This document shows, piece by piece, positions 26,554 through 39,738 of a stretch of DNA of 64,000 bases. Position 1 is the stretch's first letter. Each line of letters begins with the position of its first letter. Below the pieces are notes generated by a model, which saw only the letters and a program-made list of their open reading frames with translations, was not told the origin of the DNA and searched no databases. Position numbers and translations under genes: made by a program. Origin of the DNA: Phoronis australis (taxonomy: Eukaryota; Animalia; Phoronida); NCBI GenBank assembly GCA_002633005.1, contig NMRA01000443.1, forward strand, positions 304,105 to 368,104, in the 5' to 3' direction.

Positions 26554-27726
26554 TGTCTGACCAGTCAGCTTCTTCCTGTGTTGTTGTGTATTGACCATTA
26601 TCATCTTGGTGAAAGCGTTGCAGGTTTTGGGTTAATAGTTGCTTGTGGGGAGGTTTATTCTTCCACTCTTTAGTCGGACTTCTGTCTAGTATGAATCAAG
26701 TGCTTTATGCCATTAGCTGGGTTCATTCTGTTTGAATGACAACTTAATTAGATAAACAATCACCCTGTTTTCATTATATTGTTTCTATGGGTTCGTTGAT
26801 TGACAGGTTTATAACATGCTGACCACTAAAGGTCATGACCTTCCCTTTATTGATAAAGTAACATGATAGTGGAGTATTCTTGAGGTTACTTGCCATTATT
26901 TTGGCTATGCAGTGACTTAAGCAAAATATATAATGTGGGAGTACCGAATTAAAAGACTGTCTCTAATGGTTCAGCGTTGATCACAATACAGCTTTCTCAG
27001 TTGGTAAAATGGAAAATTACTTGCCTCCTTTACATGCGCATGAGCCTGTTGAATTATTTTAATTGCTCAGTTGGTTACATAAAAGTAGTCGAAGGTGGTC
27101 CTTATGGATCGAGAGTTTCCACACTGTGTTGCTTTCACCCTTTTGAAATTGTGCAATAATGATAAAGGATGTTTTGATAGGAATAGAAAATATTTGAAAA
27201 ACACACTAAAGGGCTGTGTTTAAAATGTGGATATATTTTTATAATTACTGAATGTGCAGGTACCTTGAATTATTTGAGTAGTATTGGGTGCATGGCTTCT
27301 TAACAACAGTTGCCATGGTAAATCAGAAAGCTACTTATAGACGTTTGTATTCCTGTAACCAAAAGTGAAAATAATTTGTTATACATATGATTAGGGCATC
27401 CAACATGGAAGTTTTTTGAGAAACCTCGCGGAACTCAAAATTCCAAATGATTTGTCAGAAATGCTAATACTTGATTTGCGAGTGTGTAAATAATGTTACT
27501 TGGCTGTGCAGGTCTTATAACTGCATTTCAAACTGGTTTTTAAAAGTCTTACCTGTGGACGTTTTGGTGTTGGTTGTACTTACTTTTCCAGTGTGCTTAA
27601 ATTGCCTATTAGGCAAAAGTGGGGTATCTTAATTCACATTTATCCAGACTCCTGTGATGATTTGATCCTTTTAAGAGACACTAAAACAGTGTGGGTTATG
27701 CTACTACTTCTTTATTTAAATGTAAC

Positions 27727-27732
27727 AATAAA
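27727..27732 (+). terminator. Candidate polyadenylation signal (AATAAA) of TBC1D25
   Basis: AATAAA about 1.2 kb after the stop, followed by GT-rich sequence. Confidence 0.3.
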
Positions 27733-28121
27733 TTGTTTTGGAAAGGTATTGGCAATTGTTCAGTTTCCGTGGGATAGGCCAATGCATTTTTGCTTAACGA
27801 ATGCGCCGAGACCGTTGCACCGTTGGCAGGGAACTTTTTGTGTGCCCACGCATATACATGTACATATAATGTATATCCATATATATTTATTTACCTATCC
27901 GGTTGTCCGCTCGATATCTCAAAAACCCTTGGTCGGATTTTGATGAAATTTAGCACTGGGTGAAGTGCATCACTACAACGGTTCATGCCAATTTTCAAGG
28001 AAACATGAAACAATGTTGTGTGACATTTAAAATGTGCCGGCACGATTAAACTTTCAGACTGACTCAGTCGACCACCGCAGCACTACCTAGTGGCCATTTT
28101 GTTCTCGACCAGGGACTTTAA

Positions 28122-29404
28122 GGTTGTCTGCAACCTTATTCACAAAAATTGGCCATTTTTACAATATTTCACGTGTGTCTAGCAAAATATCTTCACTCTG
28201 GGGGAACTTCAAATACAAAATATAAACCGCATAGCGAGAAAAAAAATTCGCAGAACCTTGGCGCACAACCGCGTGGATATTTGTTTACTATTTATCAAAG
28301 GTTAAAGGGCTTTCAATTAAATCGAATCTCCCGCCAGGTACAGAACAGCTTCGTATACCCTCAGTCCATTCATTCATAAAGTTGCCATAACATTGGGCTA
28401 ACGAGGTGTTCTCATGATAGAATGGTGTCGCGGAAACGAATACAAAACGTAGTTTTGATCCTCAGGGAGTTGTACGTCTACATGCATACGACCCGTTGGC
28501 GTTGAAAACGAATGCTACCAATCACCTCTTGCCTCTGTGGTCATGAGCTAAGAAAATTCAATTGACATTTCGATATTTCGTTCTCATGCTAATGACGTAC
28601 TTTAACCTCCGATTCGACTTTTGTGATCCATTTCTTACTTGGTTTCGTATCAGTCTCCCTGCACTTGACGTGTACAGGCTATGAACTATGACCTACTATT
28701 TGAGGTTTTAATGATAATTAGGTTAGTTACGCACTGCAAAATCAGTTGACATTGCGAGTGAACGTTGAAATAGCTAACATAGTTAAGGACTGTATAGGTT
28801 ATGTGTACCGAAAACAAGTTTTCACCGAATAATTAACCGAAGACCTTGAGATTTTCACTTGTCGGCTTTTTCTCGGCTTCGACTTTATTTGAACTTAGGA
28901 ACACTAGTTCTCGAAAACGGATGGATGGATGTCGCTGAAACTTTCCAAACTTAATATTTTAGTCATCAGTCTCAAAAACACTGTTAGGATTTTTGATATA
29001 AAGGCCTAGTTTTTGCGTAATGTGACAAAGACGAATACGACTTCAATTTTTTACAAAAATACCTTACGTCTTGCGAGTTGATTTGTCATAGAAACCAAAC
29101 GAACAGACTAATCGAAAATTCCTAACAGCATTTTTGAGGTAACTGGTGAAGTTTTCATTTAAAGAAAGTTTCATTAAAATCGACCGAGGGGTTATTTTGC
29201 TATGAGTATACCTTTCTTAAAAGTGAAATTTTGACTTAAAAAGGTTTTTACGTAAAAGTAACAATGACACATAAATACGAAAAGTATATTTATATTTCCT
29301 GGTCTTTTTTCTTTCAGAAAATATATACTTTTACTAGTTGACAAAGCTTAGTTTTCTGATGTACGAGTTAGAATGGAGGCCACTAGATAAGGTTGAAGAA
29401 AACC
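28122..29404. mobile_element. Kolobok-like non-autonomous element (paralog 55763-61356), nested in a HINE-like repeat (about 27836-30100)
   Basis: ttaa|ggttgtctgcaacc ... ggttgaagaaaacc|ttga; paralog ends ggttatctccaaac / ggttggagataacc. Confidence 0.65.
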
Positions 29405-32274
29405 TTGAAGGTTTTTTGGGCAGAGCGTTTCTGGATGATATCTAAAGGCCTGATGGGCGCATTTCAATGAAACTTGGAACAGAAGCGCGGGCACCGTTTG
29501 ATTTTCAAGCGGATTCGACTATTGCAGCGCCACCTAGTGGTCCTTTTGTATGAAAGCGTTTCTGGTAGAGAACTGAGATAGGTGGATTTCAATGTAAGTT
29601 GACACAGATACGTGATGTCACTGCGCCAACACCATTAAATTTTTGGGCGAATTTGACCACTGTAGCAGCTGTTGTTTTGGGCAAAGAGTGTTTTCGGATG
29701 ATATATAGAGACGGGTTTTCCGAAACTTGAGTGGGAAGTAGGCGATGCAGCCCGGGGACTGATCCAGGATTTTGAGTTATGGGGCCAGAGCACAGGAATA
29801 ACCAGAATTTCGGCAGATGCGCGCGCCCAGATTAAATGTAGGTATGCAGGATTCTCGAATTTTTTGGTTTGCGGACCTTTTGACTAAAAAAAAACACGAT
29901 AAACGGTGTTTGTTCAGGGCCTATGCATTGTTTATTCACCCCCTGAGCCCCCCTGGTTGCGCGCATGCGCCTAGTCAGCAATTCGCAACCCTGCCAAATG
30001 GTATCTGGTGGAATTTTAGGGAGGGCATGGCCCCTTGCCCCCCCCCACGCCTAAATCTGCCACAGCGATGACCACGCTCGGGCATCATTTAATTTTCGAG
30101 CTCATTCGACTACTACTACTGCTGCGCCTCATAGTGGCTCTTAGAACCATATCGTTTGCGATACACGAAGCGCATGTCAACGCCTCAACGTTGCTCTTTT
30201 TATAGAAAATATCACTTGGGTTATTTGCCCATATGGCCCAAAATATTTGGACTCTAAAAATCCTTCCTCCTTGCCAGAAGCTTTCGTTGACCACTTGCTC
30301 CTGTACTGGTGCGTTTCGTAGACGCAAAATTCTCGCGCAGGAACTTAGTGTCATGAGCTTCTGTTGTAGTGCATAGCGATATTTCACGCCCTTGCGCCGT
30401 GACCTTACTTTTCGTGACTGAGAGCCCATGGGCATGGGCGGCGTGCCATAGGGGCCTGAGGGACTTTAGCCCTCCACTTTTTTCAGTGCTGCGCTGCCAA
30501 TGGCCCATGGGTCTATGAAACACAGGAATAGCTCGTCTCTTTATTTAGGTGTGATTCTTGGGATGAGCTGTCACATAGTGTGCGCAATATCGTAAAACGT
30601 GGAAAATGAACAAGAATCGGGTTTCGGATTTTGTCTTACTCGGCAACCAGATATTCAGAAGCGCCGTTACCATTGATATGCGTAAATATACACGTGCCTC
30701 GCTGACAAATATGAAAAGAGCAAATATAAGGTCATTGTTGTAATTTGTGTTTTTCAATTTGTTTTGACAATGCCTAGTAACTCAAGCACTTTTTTATTCA
30801 AACTGTCGTGAGAACGGTGCCGTGGCCCTATAGGAGTTTTTCGAACAAGACCATGACGCTAAATCGTCGTGAGAGACCGTCCGGAGTTGGTATATGGTGC
30901 AATTCAGGACGTCTGGGCTCAACAGAAAACCATATTTCTACTGTGAGTCTACACCAATGGGATAAACGAGAGTAGTTCTACTTGCCGCATCAGCTGCAGG
31001 TATCATTATCTCTTTTATGACAAACAACATGTGACTGGGCAAAGGCTTTTCAAATTAGTGTAGATAATCCAGTGGAGCGTGAGATCCCTGAGGTCCCTGT
31101 CCAGTCCTCACGACAATTCCACGTTATGATTTACATGAATTGAAGAGCTTCCGATATTAACTCAACCAGAAAGACGCCCACTAAGGATGTAACAACAGGC
31201 AGGCTCATCTACTTAAAATATGTTGGATTTTGTAAGAATCTCCTTTCATTGTTAGCTTTCTCTCTGGAAGAATACCAAATAGCGTGATGTCAGTCGCTTC
31301 TTAAAGGAGATACCTTACGCCTTTTCAAAATTCACTAGATTCTTTGGGGTATAAGAGAATTCAGATGAGCGCCTTATCCATAAGAAAAGAAATCCCACGT
31401 AAAACCCCAGGCGTTGTGGCAAGCTATTGAAATCGCAACCTGCCAAATTCAGTAAGGAAATGACGATGTAGGACCTAGTGAAACCCACAATCCGTCTAAA
31501 AAACTAAATGCTGATTTTGACCACTTTGTGCTATAGTGTTCACCTCAATTTGCTCTTTACTGAGATTGTGCTATAGTGTTCACCTCAATTTGTTCTTTAC
31601 TGAGATAGGAACTGATTTTTGGTCTTGCAAGGAAGACTGTTTGTTATTCCTCGAGACGCTGACCATGACATGCCGCGACGACTAAACTTGTAGAAGCTGC
31701 GAATAAAATGCCACTGATTTATAAATTTTGCTTATTTTAAATAATCAGCAATTTGGGACCATTTCAAAACCATAAGTGGTCTAAATCAAAATTTAATTTT
31801 TCCGACCAGGCAGGAAGGTTTATAAGCGCTTATTAAGTGTTGTGTCTCGTTCTCACAAAAATAATGCCGGTGAGTCTTCACAAGTACAGTGTATTGGTAC
31901 GTAGAGTGGGACAAAATTGCCATCTTGTGACACAAGCGGGATATGGGCAAACAGTACGAGGGTCTTATAGACCTTAGGTGGATTCCCGCAGTGCAGTAAC
32001 TTCCTGTTCAGAAAAGTTGGGCAAAAATCACTTTGCTTCATGTCTTGCAAAAGTTCAAATTGGCTCAGCGAATGTGTACGTACACCGAAATCTTTTCGAT
32101 GATCTCTGGACTACGCTCGTCGAAGTTTGCCGAGCGTTCTTTTTTTAAATTTAGTTATTTTTCCCCACGGTATTAAGTTAAGCATCGGGAAATAAGGAAT
32201 AGCTGGCATGTGTTCCGTATGTACAGTCTACGCTTTCGACCCAGAAGTTGGTAACGATACTACTAAGACTCTCC

Positions 32275-34241
32275 TCAGATGTCCAGGTACTGAAAAATCT
32301 TTACTTTGCCCGTGTAACACTCGATTACAGACACCTGGCCAGGCTCCGGGATACAGATGCCAGTTGGATCTCTGACGTCAGTGGTGAGCACGCGCACACC
32401 TCCGCGGTTAAACATGACAATGCGATCCTTATCGTAGTCGGACACAATAATTTGACCGAACTGGTCAAAGCATACACCAAGTGGACTTTGTAATCCAGAT
32501 CCGATCCTTCCTATGACAGATGATTGGTCAAGATCCACCACTAGAATCTCCTTCGTTTTCAGTTGGCTCAACACCAGCAAATCAGGATTGTCTGCCATCC
32601 ACACGTATCGTGGTTCAAACACGTGCAAACCGAGAGAATGTTTGTCAAGCTGCCGTTTTACGTTGCACTTGAAGTCCAAGAATAGGACCCTCTCTCCATC
32701 TGGATCCGCCACGACAAGTTGATTACCGTGGCAGGTAACAAATCCTCTATTGCGATACAACCCACTGAATGCTGCCAAAAGATTTCCCTTGTTGTCATAC
32801 TTGCAAATTCCCCTGATACTATGGTCGGAAATAAACATCTCAAGTTGTTGGCAAACCACATCTACCGGAACGAAACTGGAATGGCAATTGTTTGGGAAAT
32901 CGAACTGGAAAAGATAATTATTTTTCTCGAAAATTTAACGTTCTTATTTTTCATATCTGTAACGACATAGTTTCCTTCACAAATCGAAATTCCGTAGCAT
33001 TCTGAACCAGTTTCAAAGTGCTTGACCTCATATTCTTCACCGGCCTGTTGGAGTCGTGTTTCAAAGGTTCCTATGATAGTTGCTCCTATCTTAAGCTCTG
33101 GCATCAGAGATATCTGGTCACCAGATAAGCGACGTAAAATGGTTTTCAGTCCATCAAATGCCATGTTTTTTGTTACAGTCTTAACTTTGATGTCTCTAAT
33201 GTCAAGATCTTTAGGCAGCATTTCGAACAACGGTATACTAACCTGTGCAGCAAGGTTCTCCTTAGCCAGACTCTCCAGACGAGACCTGATGTCCCTAAAC
33301 TGTTGCAGTTTTTCAGCGTCACACGCGGAGTTGACCAGATCTTGGGCATATTGCAATGTACTATCAAGCGCAGTTCTTTGGCGCTCTGCCTCACCACAGG
33401 CCGATTCTGCCTTTTTTCGAGCAATTGCTATCTCGTTTTCTAGTTGTTGAATGGCGAGACTTTCTTCATGTATCACGTCTTCTTTCAACTTCGCATACAT
33501 CTTTTGTATGTTGGACGTACACACTTTCTTTTGTTCGCCAATATTTTTCAGAACAAGACACCGTTCCTGGATACCAATTGCACATTTGTCGCTGGCTTCC
33601 TTACATGTCTCCATCAAACTCAAAATAACATCATCAACATTCTTCGCAGCCACTCGCAAATCAGTCACAGAATGTCGGTCATGCTCAAATGTTTTACATA
33701 AATAGCAAATTGCAATTTCACATTCTTTGCAATATATTTCCAGATATTTGCCCTCATGATTGGGACAGGCCATTGTTTGAGAACGCCTTATCTCCCGCAT
33801 GTGTTGGCCGCCTTTGACGTCCTTAATAGTGACTACACGGTGATTGAATGTCAGTTTGGATTTACAGTGATAAGCTGCACACTCATTGCACAGATTATCC
33901 CTGCAGTCAATACAAAGAAACACAGCCACTCCTTGGTCGCCACCGGTAAGTTTACAAAAATCACACTCCGTGTCGACTTCATCGGGGAATAGATCGCTGA
34001 TTGCACTGAGAAATATGTTTCGTTTAAAGTCTTTTCCAGCACAGTCTGGTACTGGATATTTTGAATTACAAATGGGACATAAAAAAACACCTTTTTCTTG
34101 TTGGACTTCAATGTGCTGTGATAGACACTTTTCACAAAAGGTGTGTAGACAAGGTAGAATTCGTGGATCTGTCAATCGTTCCATGCAAACTGGACATTCT
34201 AACATCTTGGATAACTCGTTCATTTGTTTGCTACAAGCCAT
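32275..34241 (-). CDS. Intronless TRIM E3 ligase (RING, B-box1, B-box2, coiled coil, NHL-like propeller; TRIM2/3/45/56-like), frameshifted near 32934; about 655 aa if repaired
   Basis: RING CPVC..PCLHTFCEKC..CPIC; B-boxes CDFC..CIDC..LCNEC and CPNH..YCKEC..ICYLC; downstream ORF 32859-32275 has NHL-like repeats (PLGVCFDQFGQIIVSDYDKDRIVMF). One added A joins the two frames as KNVK-IFEKNNYLFQF. Confidence 0.88.
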
Positions 34242-34247
34242 TGTGTT

Positions 34248-34425
34248 CTGGAAGAAGCAAAAATAACTTTCAGTCGGAACATCCTAGACACGTAACCCGT
34301 TTGTAAATAAATATTTACAGGCACGCTCCACATGGTAGTTATGGGGTCATCATCTCAGAATTGGATGAACATTCACTGAAACATTTATCATGATACACAA
34401 TAATTATCTGCAAAATTTCATTTAC
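34248..34425 (-). other. Putative 5'UTR intron of the TRIM gene
   Basis: Minus strand CAG|GTAAAT donor and TTTTTGCTTCTTCCAG acceptor 6 nt before the ATG. Confidence 0.5.
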
Positions 34426-35738
34426 CTGTGTCAAGGGTCTCTGAGATGTGACCCATTAAAATATTGGGTGCCTCGCTCATTTCTGCCCTCGCGAGTTAAA
34501 ACTGTTTTTTTATGTTTTGAAGTCTTTTAACTTCCAAATTAAACATTGAATTTTACTGAATTGTACTGTATGGAATAACAGGATACCAGGCAATAAGAAT
34601 CTATCACCAGATTTCACCCAGCAAATATTCCTTAACTGAAATATTCCTTAACTGAGTGTATATCATTTTACCAAAAAATTGTGATCATGAATCATGATTT
34701 TTGACTGACACCCGAATATGAAATAAAAGCAGTTAATGCTTTTTCATGCCGGTAACTATACTCCTCTTTACTGTTACGTTTAAAATGTAATAAGCAATTT
34801 ATTTTAGTGGTCAGTGTTGGAGTTATGTGACACTAAAAAGCATTTTCAGTTAAGTAACTCGTTTTTCATTCATTTGGCACGCAAAAAAGTGTCTGCAGTT
34901 TTATATGATATTGAATTCTTTCTCATGTATAAGTTATGATATATTACAAAAAATCATGTCGTTTTTAAAACTTCTTCGTGGTTAAACGACTCTTTGTTGA
35001 GTGGAGGGTTTTAATAAAATTATCTCATCCGTCTGGCTTCAAGGTCATTGCATTGATGTTTGTAATGATTTTCAGGCCCAATTATTGGATTTATTCCAAA
35101 ACAGTGTCATGTCAGAATAAAATTCGCATCTTTCGCTGCTTTGTCAAGTGCTGACAGACGTTCGTTTATTTGAACTATTATGAACTAGAGCAGAATTAGA
35201 AACAAAGGAGTACCAAAAATATCAAAAGTAATTTGAAATTCGAGCACAGGTTTAGTAACCGGGTACAAAGTTCGAAGACTAAACCTTTTGCACCATGACA
35301 GCCGTGAAGACTCTACTGGTTACATTCTGTGCCAGGCATGAGAGATGTGGACGTCCACTGCGTCCATTTTCCTAGTAACTCGCAGGCCGGATCTCAAGGA
35401 AGCATTTATTGTTTTAAAGCAGAAAAACGCATATTAGGGATTATTTTTTAATGTATCAAGCTTTTTGAAGTTATTAGTTTTGACCAGAGTTTCAACAATA
35501 AAATCCGTTTTATTTTTGCCTTTTGATACAAATCGCCAATTCTCGCCGTTGTCTGTCAGACTTTCACTAATGTCAACATATCACATTTCTCCCCATAATG
35601 TAACTTATACTGACTTCACATGTATGGAATTTTCTTAGGAGTCTTTGCAGATCACCAAGTCGTAACTAATCGCAACAATCTGTAACTTGCGACAAAACGC
35701 AACAACTCGCACACACTCATAATGATCCGTGAAAGCCC

Positions 35739-35995
35739 AGGGGCCTGTTCCAAGAAACTGACTTTTAAGACAAAAATGAACTTAAAATGAACTTAAAAGT
35801 TCATTTTTTACTTAAGTTTTAGATTTGTATTAACTTCCAAACTTCGAGACTTCCATATTCGGTAAATTAGTCAAAATTAAGACAAAACTGATGTCAAACA
35901 CTCAAGTCTCTTTCTTGAATTGGTTTTGAGACAAATTTAGCTTTTAATTTAAAATTTACCAAAATTTAAGATTTGTCAGTTTTGTTGGAACTCCA
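35739..35995. mobile_element. MITE-like element
   Basis: Inverted ends gttccaagaaactgac / gtcagttttgttggaac; TSD not resolved. Confidence 0.5.
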
Positions 35996-38057
35996 TCACT
36001 GTCATGCCAACTCCGCGTAGAGTTCAGTAATGCAAGGACCAACGCTAGGACTTCGCTAAAATCTAGTCAAAATCACGAGTTCTCATTTAAAATACATGGA
36101 AATATCTAAGGTAATCTCGTGAAGTCTGCATTTTAGCGAGGCACTACCTCACTGAACTCTACTCCGATCTCGAGGCCGGCTGAGGTTGCGCACATGCGTG
36201 ATAGATCGTTACATTCGGTGTGTGTACATGTCATTAAAATTTTTCGCAACTCCGCCGTTTTTAAAATAGGAACAGATGAAACAGTGAGGTTATATAGATG
36301 ACTAGGTAAGCTATTAGGGAAAATATTTTAGTGATTTAAAAGATTTCAACCTTATAAAGACACAGGCTTTAGATAATGGATCCCTGATACTTGCTGTGAA
36401 TAATTTAGTCAAGGAAAATTATACACCTTCATTTATATATTATAAGTGTTTGGTACTATTACATTTTTCAGTAAAAATTCAGAATGCAGTGACATTTAAG
36501 AAATATGCTATCAAGCCTATCCGAAATTTTCAGATAAAGGTTTTCTGATAAATAAAAAATGAGCAAACATCTATCACCTAACTTTAAAATGTATTGGGGA
36601 TAGCTCATCACATTGGTTACAGTGAAGGACTTTCCATAAAAGTTTAGAAATAAACTCTATTCTTCAATAAGTAGAAGTTAGTGATCTTGATAGATGTAGT
36701 GTGTTACTGTAAAAAGAGACATTGGGACATATTTTTACGATTGTTACGTTACTAAAGAAAAAGTGGAATCAGGAAAATGACAATATTATTTTGAACATCT
36801 GTTGCATAGTTGTCACGGTCAACATTCAAGAAAAAAACGGAACAATTGGATTAAAAAGTGGTACTTCAGAATAAAAAGGGGCAAAACCTAAGGACGAAAT
36901 GTTCGCTGCAACAAAGACGTACCGACAGTGTTTTTTTTCAAACAGGAGATGTAACACCGAAAAATGACTGACAGCGTTTTTTGCAGTATTTTACAGTTGA
37001 ATAGGAAATTTGGGGTGCCGCAAAAACCCAGAAGATGTAACCCCCAAAAACGCCAATCAACGTTTTTTGTTTTTTCTATTGTTGAATGGGAAATTGCAGG
37101 TGCCGAAAAACTTCCCCTTTTTTCATTTTAGCCGAATGGGAAAATATGGCTTTGTTGAATGGGAAATTACACTAGTGTATGATATGTCAATTTGTTCGTG
37201 TGTCAAAAAGTGAGGACATTTAAACGATGNTTTTTTAAAATTCATGGCTATCGGTAAATAGTACACATAACAGTAGACCTACTTCTCAGAAATGGAATTA
37301 ACAAAGAACGGCATTTGGGAAACAGGTTAACATTGCACAAATGAATTAATAAAGTAACAATTGAAAACTATAATGTCACCAGGCATTTAGTATGATATAG
37401 GTTGTCAAAAAGGTTCTACGACCCAAGATGAAAAGATATCAGCGGCTAAACTGCTCGCGGCACCCACCCAGGGCCACAGGTCAGTGCTTTGCCTTATAAA
37501 CAATGACCAGTGTCGGATTTGTTCGCTAATTTTGCCGTTGGTTGTATGGAATCGTACCTCAAAATTAAAGTTTCACTTAATTATTGAACAAATAATAACA
37601 ATATGAAAACGAAGTAATGAAAATAGGCTTCAATCGATTTGGTAATTACAACTCTTGATCAGAACTCAGTCGATCATGCAGTCGCAAATTCTAAGTGCAA
37701 ACCCTCGCGGCTAGTCTCGGGATCACACACACTCTTTCACAGTGCTCCGAAAGGTAGCTCTGTGGAATAATGTTTACCACGTCTTCTTATTCGTTAAATT
37801 AATGAAACCGACGTCATAACATTCAGTCATTCCCATTGGTTGAAATCTGGGCAACCCCTTTCAGTTTACTGTTACGTAGTATGGCGACCACCTTTGACTT
37901 CAATGGTTGCAATTTATTAAAACGGGCAGTGATCAAAGCAAACAAAATCAAGCGAACCCCGATCCCATGGCTAAGCCTAGACAAGTACAGTGCAAAGAAA
38001 GCGTGTGCAAGTGGTGGCGATGTGATCGATAAACTTCCGACCAAGCATGTGCATTAA

Positions 38058-39738
38058 AGGAACATGCCACCCAAAAACAACCTGTTTTGTATCAATTTAG
38101 ATCGAGTAGTTCTACTCGATAACGGCACGTTCGGTTGCGTTACCTGACACCTGACGGCAGACGGAGGTGTTGAAATTATCCAATGACGTAATTGGTTTCA
38201 AACGCAGTCTGTTCAGCAGTTTACAACACGGGTTAGTGGTGTCAGCTTATCGCTTGAATTCATCGTTTATCACCAACAAATCATCAAACTTCGATATAAA
38301 ACCCTTAAAAATACACCGAGTTCTTATAAAACGTGCTGTTTTATTTCGCTGTTACGAATTTACTGGTATTTGGAAACACCGTAGCCTACAAAGTTCGGCA
38401 GGCCAATTTACCAAGGTCCGTAGCAAGAATTTGGGGTCTGTTCGGAGATAAATTCGAAGTATTCTTCCGTGAAATACAGACAGGAGAACCTAGATCTGTG
38501 TTGTTTATACTTGTTATTTTTGAGTTCTAAACACACAAAACGCTTAATGTTCTCCCGGCCAGTGGCTCGAAACCCGATAACTAGGCCCGGCGTCGTAGCC
38601 GGACTGACTCGTTATCCCGGCCGGAACCCGATCAGGCCGCCGGGACTGGCACGAACATAAGCCAGCTTGAGTTGGAAACTAAACCTCCAGTCACGAACAG
38701 ACTATAATAGTGAGTCAAAGAAATAATGTGCACGTAATTATTTATGCGAATTAACCACGAAACTGATCTACTTACTTGTCAGGGGCCGCGACTAAAGTCA
38801 GGTTCCCCTTCCACAGACCGTCAGGTTGTACAGTAAAAAGGATAATGTATTTGTATATCAAAATAAAGATTCCCCTAACATGTGACCATAACATATCAAA
38901 TCGAGTAATTGTTTCACAACAGCTTTCTGTCAGAAAACACTGACTTAGCATGCGCTCACACGGCCTCGGTGCCCGGTCAAAAACCGGTAATGCAGTGGTT
39001 TATTCATTGCTGGCTTCTCAGCATTTGCACTCAGGAATTCTGCATAAGGCATTACAAATTGTATCTAATGACACAGACTTTGTTTCAGTTTCCTATAAGC
39101 ATTGGTTAGAATGAGACTAATTAATTTTGAAACAGAACGCAGAATAATAAACGTCAGTCTACATGGCAAGTCGCCCGGCGCCAATCCCGACTTAGTCAAG
39201 AGCTCATCCGACGAAGACTTCACGGGTTAGATCTTGAGGTTTCACAGGCTATCGGCTCGAACCGGAATACAATGATCAAGAAATACTAGCGAGGCGCCGT
39301 GAACATGCACAGGCAACGGAAGGTATGGATTATTCTTTGGTAAGCCGGAATTCGTCACAGAAATCACTGTCGAAGAAATGCCGGCCACAGACACAGAGAT
39401 GTTTCACGGCCTCATACTTGCTATTAACAACTTACCTTTCAGTCTTCACTACCGTGAGCCGGCACTTCCTAAGCATTTTGGGCTCTCGAGGAAGTCGAAA
39501 AAACGATATATCCGCTTTCTTCGCAGCTTCATAGTTCGGACAAGCGGGAACGATGCACCGCAATATAGCGGCATACACTCTGCAGACGAACCACTGACGT
39601 CGCTGCGTCGGTTTTCACCTTCCTCACAGGTTAACGCGACACCTCTCGGCAAGGTGAGGTCGACCGAATAAGAAGCGATGTGGATATAGACCGATTAAGA
39701 CGATAAAAAAGACTAATTAAATCGGGTGGCATTCTCCT
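38058..39738 (-). mobile_element. Kolobok-type family A, longer copy, inverted
   Basis: TTAA TSDs; TIRs aggaacatgccaccc / gggtggcattctcct; homologous to 43855-45522. Confidence 0.85.

Larger units (their letters stand above)
27707..31746 (+). repeat. Local duplication, copy 1 (copy 2 at 54687-63328)
   Basis: Colinear from cttctttatttaaatgtaacaataaattg to ttttgcttattttaaataat, with scattered substitutions and indels. Confidence 0.92.

Noticed and set aside
31305-31330. Kolobok-like end ttaa|aggagataccttacgcc (paralog at about 63016)
   Set aside because: No matching second TIR found, so boundaries cannot be supported
32275-32859. Separate 194-aa gene
   Set aside because: Starts at GTG and is the -1 frame continuation of the TRIM CDS
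32900-32945. Programmed -1 ribosomal frameshift
   Set aside because: No canonical slippery heptamer in frame; a 1-nt indel is simpler
33022-34306. Multiple + strand ORFs over the TRIM gene, and - strand ORFs over TBC1D25
   Set aside because: Antisense shadows of real coding sequence
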